A stretch of 60,478 bases of DNA, filler included, from Circinaria calcarea (taxonomy: Eukaryota): the NCBI GenBank assembly GCA_051942165.1. It is 6 parts of 6 records of this genome, joined end to end, with 100 filler letters (N's around TTAATTAATTAA, not from the genome) between each part and the next. Parts side by side here need not be neighbours in the genome. Positions count along the whole stretch, not along the records: positions 50,497 to 60,478 come from JAVECS010000863.1; 5 more parts are not named here. One strand, given 5' to 3'. Numbering within the stretch: the stretch's first letter is position 1; each line of letters begins with the position of its first letter. Positions 51,629 to 60,478 of this stretch are shown piece by piece. The position numbers and the translations under genes were made by a program. The notes under the pieces are model-generated. The model was not told where the DNA came from, searched no databases, and saw only the letters and a program-made list of their open reading frames with translations.

Positions 51629-53067
51629 ATGGCTACCGAAAGACTCAACTCAATACTAAATCAGCTTACTCCAAGTAAGAACGGCTTGGCCGCGATGTAA
51701 GCCCCCAGCCTTCGGATCGGCAGAGTCCACATTACTGATCGTGAGGAATATAGCACCCAGAAGAACCCGGATGATGTGGTTATTACCCTTGCTATAAGAA
51801 CACCGCTGGCAAGGGCCGGAAGGGGAGGACTCAAGGATACGCCACTCGAATTTATGGTCTACATGTTACTGAAAAAGGTCCTCGAGAAGTCGAATATAGA
51901 CCCACAGATGGTGGAGGATATTTGCATCGGAAACGTGCATACTCCTTTGAGATTCATCTCCGAGAACCAGACCTTTAATATGTTACTAGGTGAATGATCC
52001 CAAAGCTGCCTGGATCGCCCGTGCCGCGAGTCTCGCAGCGGGCTTTCCGGTTACAACCGCAGCATCCTCCGTCAACCGTTTCTGCTCTTCCGGGCTCAAA
52101 GCTGTCCAAGATATTGCAAATCAAATAAATATGGGAAGTATTGAATGCGGTCTCGCCGTTGGTGCAGAATCAATGTCTGCAGGTGGCGATCGTATCGAGA
52201 AGTCTTTCCACCCCGAGATTCTCAAGAATTCCGACGCGGCCGATTGCTTGCAGCCAATGGGTCAAACATCAGAAAATCTTGGAAAAGACTTCAATATCTC
52301 GAGGGAAGCACAAGATCGATACGCCGCCGAATGCCATCAGCGTGCGGAGAGGGCCCAAAAGGCGGGATGGTTCGATGACGAAATTGTCCCAATCACAACA
52401 AAGGTCAAAGACCCGAAAAGCGGAGAGGAGAAGGAAGTCACTCTCACAAAAGACGAAGGCCCCAGATACGGGACCACCTTTGAGAGCCTGAGCAAAGTCC
52501 GTCCAGCTTTTCCAGCCTACGGCGACAGAAGCACAGGTGGAAACTCTAGTCAAGTCACGGACGGAGGTAAGTCATTGAAAACCAAGTCGACCCTAACAAG
52601 AATCACGCACTAACCTCTCGCTTCCATTCCCCGCAGCTGCCGCAATCCTCCTCATGAAACGCTCCAAAGCCATCGAGATGAACCAGCCCATCCTCGGCAA
52701 ATTCTGTGGCGCCACTGTCGCCGGCGTCGCCCCGCGAATCATGGGCATCGCCCCCTCCCTCGCCATCCCCAAGCTCCTGAGCAAGTTCCAGCTCGACCTC
52801 AATAAAGACATTGACGTCATCGAGCTCAACGAGGCTTTTGCCAGCATGGCGGTGTACTGCTTGAACGTGCTGCAGATTGATCACGCGAAGATGAACACGC
52901 GGGGCGGCGCGATTGCGCTAGGCCATCCCTTGGGCTGCACGGGCGCGCGGCAGATTGTGACGGGCTTGAGCGAGTGCCGGAGGCAGAAGAAGCGGGTGCT
53001 GTTGACGAGCATGTGTATTGGGACAGGGCAGGGTATGGCGGGCTTGTTTGTGAATGAGCAGCTTTGA
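51629..53067 (+). CDS. POT1: Peroxisomal 3-ketoacyl-CoA thiolase (4 exons)
   Basis: PTS2 'RLNSILNQL'; 'NRFCSSGL' (catalytic Cys), 'GGNSSQVTDGA', 'ELNEAFAS', 'GGAIALGHPLGCTGAR', 'MCIGTGQG'. Confidence 0.93.
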
Positions 53068-53478
53068 AATGGATTTTGAGATGAAGAAGAAGAAAGGGGG
53101 GTGGAATGGAAAGCCCAGATGAGGGGGGAGGGTTATTTGTGTCCACTGTACATTGTCGTAGCAAGCAAGCATGGAAAGCGGGTAATTCTAGCTGATGATT
53201 CAACCTGACAATGAAGCTGTCATGTTCATCTAACTTTTTCTTGCCATTTTTTCCCGTGCGGTTTTTTCCCCCGTGATGAAAAGTTTCTGGGATGCCCATC
53301 TAGCAAATCTAATCCAAAAAAAAAAAACTTAGCGGTAGATGGGGATGGATACCCTCGTTTTTCGTAAACGTTCCCCTTCTCCCTTTGCCCTTTCCCCTTT
53401 CCTCTTTTCCACTGCTGGAATGTTCAAAGTGATCCCGGGGGGCGGAGGCGATGTGAGGGCGAGGCGAGGGCGAGGGTC

Positions 53479-53509
53479 GAGTGCAGAGTGCAGAGTGCAG
53501 AGTGCAGAG
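53479..53509 (+). repeat. Heptanucleotide tandem repeat (GAGTGCA)x4
   Basis: gagtgcagagtgcagagtgcagagtgcagag between the convergent 3' ends of the thiolase and MDR genes. Confidence 0.9.
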
Positions 53510-53712
53510 GGTAGAGGGCAGGTGGCGATATCCTCTCTCCACTCTTTTTGAAAAGGGGGGGTTTTTGCAAAATTACACGAGAAGGAGGGGAGTTTCTCGA
53601 TTTTTTTCAATGTTTTCTTTTCTTTTCTTTTCACAGGAACAGGCTACCTACCTAGCTTGCTCGCTCGGCCTTGCGTACTGGCTTGGAAAGGGAGTTTTTA
53701 AAAAATCGCCCT

Positions 53713-55103
53713 TCACAACTGACTCCTTTCCTCCTTTCCCTTCTCTTCCCCCAGCCCCTCAATCTTCACCACCAACTTGCCAAACTGCCTCCCCGCCTTC
53801 ATGTCCGCAAACAAGCCTTCCACCGCCTCCAGATCCTCCGGTCCCCAATCTCCCTTCGCCCTCGCCACCCGCGACACGACGGGTCGGATCCCCCGTTCGG
53901 CCACATATGCCACCATGTCCCGGAACTCGCGGCGGGAGCCCATGGTTGAGCCGCGGACCTCGAGGTTCTTGAGGACGGCGCTCATGGGAAGGGACAGCCG
54001 GGGGGAGAGGGTCATGCCGTAGGAGACGAGGATGCCGCCGTGCTGTTGGATTTAGAAAAGGGGGGGGAGGGATAAAAGGAATGGGATTTATAGGTACCTT
54101 TAACAACCGCACCCCCTTCTCCACTATATCCCCGCCGGCGCCGTCTATAATGGCATCCAGTACGACCCTCTCCTGGGGTAACATGGCCTTTAGTTTCCGC
54201 TCCCACCCGTCTTCCTTGTAGTTCACACCCCCCATCGCGCCCAGCACCTTTGCTTTCGAAATCTTGCCGTCGTCCCCGCTGGTCACCCAGGCCCGGACGC
54301 CCATCTTGACGGCGAAGAGCAGGACCATGAGAGCGACGCCGCCACCGATGCCGGTGATGAGGATATGACTGCCCTGGGATTTCCCGCGTCCTCGTTAGAA
54401 AGTAGTTGGTATATGGTATTTCTAACGAGAAGAGAAATCGGAAAGGGGCGGAAAGAGGAACAGACCTCCCCAGCAGCCCCACTCTTCCCCACCAACGCCC
54501 TCCAAGCCGTCAACCCTACCAACGGCAATGCCGCCGCCTCCGGCCCCGAAAGATGCCGGGGACACTCCACCACCTCCTCCCTCTCCACGGCAATCTTCTC
54601 CTGCCCCACGCCCAGCGGATTCGTGCTCGTACCGCCTAGAATCCCATATCCCTCTTCCGGGCCCGCTGGGTCGGCGATCCAGCCATGCCCGGGATTCAAC
54701 AGCACGCGCTGTGCTGTGGAAGAACCGAGGCCGTAGCTGTCCAAGGCGTCCTGGGCGGAGGCAGGCGGGATGAGGACGCAGCAGGCGTCGGAGAACAAGG
54801 GGGTGGTGAAGGACGGGGAGGGGTAGAGGTGCTGACGGAGGAAGAGGTCGCGGTGGTTCAAGGCGATGTGGGTGGGCCGGAGGAGGAGTTGAGTGGGTGT
54901 CGGGGTGGGAGTCGGCAGGGTGAGGGCTTGGAGTCTGGCCGTTGGAATGAGCCAATTTAGCTACCTAGAGAGGAATATAAATCGTAAATTGGACGGGGAA
55001 GCTGTGGAGGGGCCCGGGGGTCTTACGGATACCAGACTTGGCCGGGCTTTCCCTCTATCTTACGCAAGGTAATTGCTTTGTGCGTTCGCTGCGTCTCAGA
55101 CAT
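53713..55103 (-). CDS. MDR-family (zinc-type ADH/quinone reductase-like) oxidoreductase (4 exons)
   Basis: MSETQRTHKAITLRKIEGKPGQVWYP, 'ALNHRDLFLRQHLYP', 'AAALPLVGLTAWRAL', 'ILITGIGGGVA', 'IIDGAGG', 'GSTMGSRREF', 'QFGKLVV'; ends SQL. Confidence 0.9.
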
Positions 55104-55821
55104 GTTTAGCGCAGGGCGTACCTATGACAAGCACTCGAGAGGCTATCACGCAGATTTATGCTCAATGGTAGAACATCCTACAAGCCTTGAGCGGTTCTCA
55201 CTTCCCCGCTGGCCGACCTCCGGATGCGGCTAGAGGTTGGTGAAATGTCTAATGATTAGGTTGCTCGAGGTCTACCAATGTCCTAGCCATAATGAGAAAT
55301 CCCCCTCCGGACGCTACCAAACGTGATTATATTATATATTAGATTAGGTAAGGAAGCAGCACCTCAAAAGCCCACCAGCTTCCTTTCCGCTCGAATCAGC
55401 CCCCGACATGATGGTCGATGATGTCATGAATCCGAGTAGACCACCGGGATAAACACCTATCGCTCATGCAAAAAATACCATTCAGAATGGGTATAATGGT
55501 ATGAGAGTCCCGAAAGCAGAACAGGATAGGTATCGTGAATCGCTCAAGTAACGCCGAAATGCAGTCTCCCTCTACCCGCCTGTTGCAGAAAAAAACCATC
55601 ATACCAGCGCGGTGACGTTAATGTAAATGCAAATGCAAATGGAGATGCAGCTGCACAATAAGAAAAGAACATGAACCATGATCCGGCTTGCTACCGTAGG
55701 CATGGGTGCTCGGTTACACAAACGATGCACTAGCTCGGAACGTAGCGAGTCGCCTGATCGAGGTAGATGAGCGCTCGATATCCGGGCGCACTCCCCGCCC
55801 GCCCCTTTAGGCCGGTAGCTC

Positions 55822-58473
55822 TCAAGGCGCCGATGATGCATGAGTCACTTGATACCGTGTAGCGGATGCAGCTTGCGGTGCCACCAAACTAGTGTTGTCG
55901 TTTGGATAGTAAATGGCTTGCGCGTCCGCTGGAGTCGCAGTGGCTGGACTGGTCTCTAAGAAAGACGGAAAATCCCATGAGGCTCGGTGTGGCGGTTGCA
56001 TCAATTGATTTCCGCCAGATGACTGGATTTGTGGGTGAGCCTGCGACTGGTACTGGTATGAAAGCGGTTGTGTACTGTAATTGTGGGTTACCTGCAGCAT
56101 GGATGACCCAGCTGACGGGTATGGGGTAGACGATCGGTCATATGAGGCCGTGGGCGAGATCATGGCCGATGTCAGCGCTGTCGCGTAGGCGCCGCGCCCG
56201 CTAGGCACCGAGGCTGAATGGGTAGAGGCAGTTGGGAGGAGGTCGGTGCCTGCATCCGGCTGCGCCGTTCCACCGTAAGACGAGTTCACCGGGTTGAGCA
56301 GCTCACCGGCAGCCGATGAATAGCTTGCGGACTACTCCTTGTCAATACCACTCTGCTCGCCTGTGCCTACATCGATTATGACTCACATATTTTCCAATAA
56401 TCTTCTTCAGCGCATGCGTCAATATCTTCCACGGAAACACCTTGACGTCTTTCTCGATGTTGCGAGGCTTTGGACTCGGGAATCCCATGATGAGCTTGAA
56501 GAAGTCCTCACTGTCTGACTTGCCTTTGGACACCGTCATGGGCCGGAATCCCTCAAGGTTGCGTCGTATTCTATTCTTCTCCTCCACCGTGAACCGGAGC
56601 GCAACCAACGACTCGAGTAGATAGATCGTATCCACACTTGTCACAAAACATTCTTGCTTCTCACCCCACCATATGCAACTGATACATGTCGAAGTAGGCT
56701 GCCGATCTTCCGCTGCGACTGGTTTGAAATTCGTAGTGATAGTATTGTTACTCTGTGATCTCCAGAATTGCACAAGTCGCCTTCTTGCTTCACATTCGGT
56801 TTCCGTCCAATCTTCCACCATTGTGTCCAAGTCTCCGTTGATCTTCAGAACCGCCTTGTGGGGATACGATTTCCACGGATTGAAGGACGCAGCTGTTGAA
56901 GGGTCTGACGGATTGGCTGCTGGACTCGGAGGCTGCTGTAAAGTCGAAGTTCGGATGAGGGGAGGATGAGCCTTGTTGGATGGAGACGATATCGAAGAGA
57001 TTCTGGTGCCGGTACTAGTTGACAAATTCGGGCTTCGGGTTACCTGACCCGCGGTAGCAGTCGGAGGACTCCACGACGGAGGTTGAGGCGAGGGGCCTCG
57101 CAATTGAGAATGGGAGCTCGCAGAACTAGTTGACAGATGATGTGAGATCCTTCTCGGAGACTTCTGCTGCTGATAATATTCTTGATGTGGAGATCGATTA
57201 TATGGCACTAATGATCCATATGATGAATCCGGCACAAGCGTCTGCTGCTGGGATATATACACAGGGCTCGGCTGCTGCGAGTATATATGGGCATCGTACG
57301 ATCCTTCGCCATCAGAACGTAATTGCTGCGTAGAAGATCGCTTCGCCGGTATCCTGGTCGTTTCAGCAGATTCAATCGATACCTTTCTCTTTCGTGATCC
57401 TTCTCGTACTGAACTTTGTGGCGGGTGTTGCACCACATCGGTGTACATATAAGGCCCCACAGCGACAGATCCTATGTCCAGTCCCGCACCATCATGTACA
57501 TGTATACGAAGAGGAACGGATGGACTAGTCCACCCGGTGGCTGAATAAGGCGGTGCTTCTGCTGTGAGGATATAGTTGTAGTAAGGACCTCGATGCTCAG
57601 TCATCGTCACCACGGCCGGAGAACTTCCCGTCGCAAACATTGCATAATAAGCTGTATTTGATGCCGTGTTCAGATTGTAGGCGGACACGAAATACACGAA
57701 AACCGTGGTTCCCTGCGGTCCCTGTTGAGGCGTGTAATGGGAGACTTCCGAGATCTGGTGAAGTGGAATACTAGACACGGGAGACTGGGAACTCTCGAAG
57801 GCTGAGCGCGACTGGAGCGGGTTATTGACTCCATACGGCTCCTGGTGCCTAGTGTACGGACTTAAAGATGGGTGCACGTGAGGCTGGGTGAAGTTGGGTG
57901 TAGCGTGTGCTAGATACATGGTTTCATTGAGTGATCGACTGGTATCATAATCTGCATTTAAATTTCAGCCATCGGACTCCGAAGTATCCAAGAGATACAA
58001 CCAGATATCGAATCATGTGAGAATTGGATAGGGTACGGCCTACCTTTAACATCTGGAATTGGAGATTTCTCGTAGCCTGACATGGACAATAAAGCCGTTT
58101 GAATGTGGCTGTGGGCCAATGGGCCGGTGCCAGATTCGCTCCCGATACCCAACGCCACAGCTTCTGCCAACTCGAGAGAATCGTCGAGGATGATTGGGGA
58201 CCGAAGTTTCTGCACCACGTTGAACATTAGTTGGTGTGATGATCCCGCAACGCTCATATTCGTGTATGGACGCTCCATTCAATACACGCTTGATGTTGCT
58301 ATGACGTGAATCGACTGAATTCAGGAGGTAGACGGATCCCGCTCTGCGTAGTGCATTCCTTTCGGCTTACCGAAAGGAAGCTGCACAGCCTGAACGGTGC
58401 TAGATTAGATCGAATCTCCACATACCTGAGGTGCTTGATATTGATAGAAAGCTGGACTTAATATTTTAGTCAT
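55822..58473 (-). CDS. medA: Developmental regulator Medusa (MedA/ACON-3/Ren1 family); 5' exons uncertain
   Basis: Conserved domain 'CISCIWW..KQECFVTSVDTIYLLE...FTVEEKNRIRRNLEGFRP...KPRNIEKDVKVFPW...KKIIGKY-SASYSS'. Proposed exons 58473-58426, 58209-~58044, 57951-~56388, ~56331-55822; alternative start MSGYEK at 58083. Confidence 0.9.
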
Positions 58474-60478
58474 TGGCTTTGGAAAGATGAGCAGACGACG
58501 AGATGACGGTGGTTTATGCGGGAAGAAATGCCAGGAAGTCGAAGTTCAAGTGAACGTAAGGGCGTGGAGTGGTGCCCGATGCGAGATTGGTCTGCGCTTT
58601 ACATTCGGACGAGGCGCGAAAGGAGAGAAGTGAGGATGTCTGAGATGTCTAGAGGGGAGTGGTGATTCCCTAGGGCTCTGTGGACGGCTTCTCCGACGGG
58701 ACATGGGAGGTACTTAATCAGCGGAGGACCAGGGCTTTTGATGTTCGTGCTGGCTGATAGACCACCTGTTCGCGCTAGAGGACCAATCTCCCAGCTAGCC
58801 CGCTCGAGGTTTCGGGAAGTTGAATCGATTCAAACAACGAGAACAACGAGGAATCCAGATGGGGATCTGAGTCATCGATAAGTACCAGGATAAAAGTAGA
58901 GTAGCTTCGCATGCCTGCAGCGAACAGCTGGGAGAGATCGTCTTACCCGGACAAAGAAGCTGAAGGGGACGACTGCCCTGAGAAGAAAGGCCACTGCCGT
59001 GCAAGTCTCACGAAGGGAGGAGCCGGTTGGGGAGGTGATATTTTCCTTTGAGCTATGAGAGCGGTAGAAGAAACCGCCCACATGAAATGGCCGAATGAAA
59101 GGCTCTCGATGAGACGTTAGGCGAAGCAAGGAGTGAAGTTCGATGGTGGGGTATCAACCCTATGATCTGGGAGAGTGCCTCACCTGGCACAGGGCGGATC
59201 AAAAAAAAACAACAACTTTAGGCAGCAGACCATATATTTGCACACCGAGGGGCGTAGTCAATAACAAATACTCGAGCAGACCGATCGTCGGGAACGTTGG
59301 TTCAGTGAGCCGCCTGCCAGCGTGAATAAAGGCGGTGATGAACAGGCTCCTCGTTCAACGATCCGCCACAACCTCCCGGATCACGTTTCGTACTTCTGGT
59401 TTGAACGTCGACAACTTGGGACAGCACATAAGGTCGGCCAGCTCCTGATTCGACCGCAATACCGCCCTTTGGATCCCACCGTTAGATGGACGTAACGCGA
59501 ATCAGAATACCGATGGTGGCGAGGCAGTGGCTCGGTTCCTCGTGGCTGAAGGCGGAGCAGTATCAGCCAGTTCAAACGAACGACAGGTATAAAACCGTGT
59601 GGAGCAGGACGATCAAGTTACGGTATCAAGGGCGCCGGACTATTTTCTTATGCCAAAACGAGCGTGTGTATCAGGATCGGTGAGAGAGTAGTGACGACGA
59701 TAACGATGATTATATTCTAGCCTAGACCTGGTGGGCGACTGGAGGGTGTTTTGTCAAAAGGTGGCTTAAGTAAGGTTGGGCAGGTAGCTTTACGGGTAGC
59801 ATAACACCTCTGATATTATGCTAAAACGCCAACGCCAGGAATATATCTCGGTAGAGATCTCCAGCGTGCATGGAGCAACCGTCATGCCAGGATGGAGCCT
59901 CTAGGACGACTGGCATGAATGACATGGGGGGGAAGGGCATGGAATCATTGGTCCTGGCGGGCCAACTGGCTCGAGAGGCCACTGCTCCTCGAGAAGCTCC
60001 GCCCCATGATGATTGTTGTACTGGACCGACGGCTTCCCCCTTGACGGGGTCGGTCGGTCACGCCGGGCAGAACGGTGCAGCATCCGGTTCAAATGGACGG
60101 GGATGGCAGAGTGTCAGAGGGTACGGAGTAAATGGGATTCGCAGTAGTGATGGACTCTAGGGATGCGGCCTAGAACGAGGACTGGTTTCTGTTTCTGTTC
60201 CGTTGGATCGGGGTCATGAGCACAACTGCTCTGTGACCCCGACTTAGGGCCCTTTTCGGTTCTTCAACAGTAAGGAGAGGGTTGCCAAATGCCTGGCCTG
60301 TTACTATGAATAGCTCACCGAAAAGCCGCCTAATCCCAAAGGATTCGGAGGGTTGGTCATGACTCAGACCGGGGTAGCCCCTGCAGTCGCCGATCTGATT
60401 CGCTGCTGCATAATTAGGCTCACCCTGAGGAGGATAATCGACCGTGCAAAAGCCTACCACAGCAGAGGCGAGAGAACA

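Noticed and set aside
58500..60478. Short ORFs upstream of medA
   Set aside because: No motifs; consistent with the long promoter/5' region typical of developmental regulators.

Overview
Intron-containing genomic DNA of a filamentous ascomycete (Pezizomycotina; a lichen-forming Lecanoromycete is my guess, not demonstrated). The window is not one locus. It holds six ~10 kb contigs (1-10014, 10115-20124, 20225-30221, 30322-40312, 40413-50396, 50497-60478) joined by artificial 100-nt N44-TTAATTAATTAA-N44 linkers in strictly decreasing length order, so synteny cannot be read across linkers. Contig 1: RAX2, OGG1, U2AF large subunit (3'-truncated). Contig 2: POS5-like fragment, CLA4 PAK kinase, GDXG esterase, a multi-exon hypothetical gene with one in-frame TAG. 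Contig 3: AceA-type copper-fist TF, small membrane protein, SRPK-like pseudokinase, amidohydrolase, methyltransferase, SDR remnant, GFA fragment. Contig 4: intron-containing tRNA-Ser(TGA), DNAJC3/JEM1, hypothetical gene, JID1, mucin-like pseudogene, LACTB2 fragment. Contig 5: EF-1beta 3' end, APH-like pseudokinase, small secreted protein, intronless DAO-like oxidase with PTS1, MSH5 5' half. Contig 6: cupin fragment, PTS2 thiolase, MDR dehydrogenase, medA. I found no convincing novel multi-gene system, transposon or CRISPR. The best leads are a hairpin-sequestered splice donor in medA intron 1, a GC-AG intron in the U2AF gene, two catalytically dead kinase-fold ORFs, an isolated premature TAG, and a possibly bacterial-type peroxisomal DAO. 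All gene models and family calls were made by eye, without database searches.
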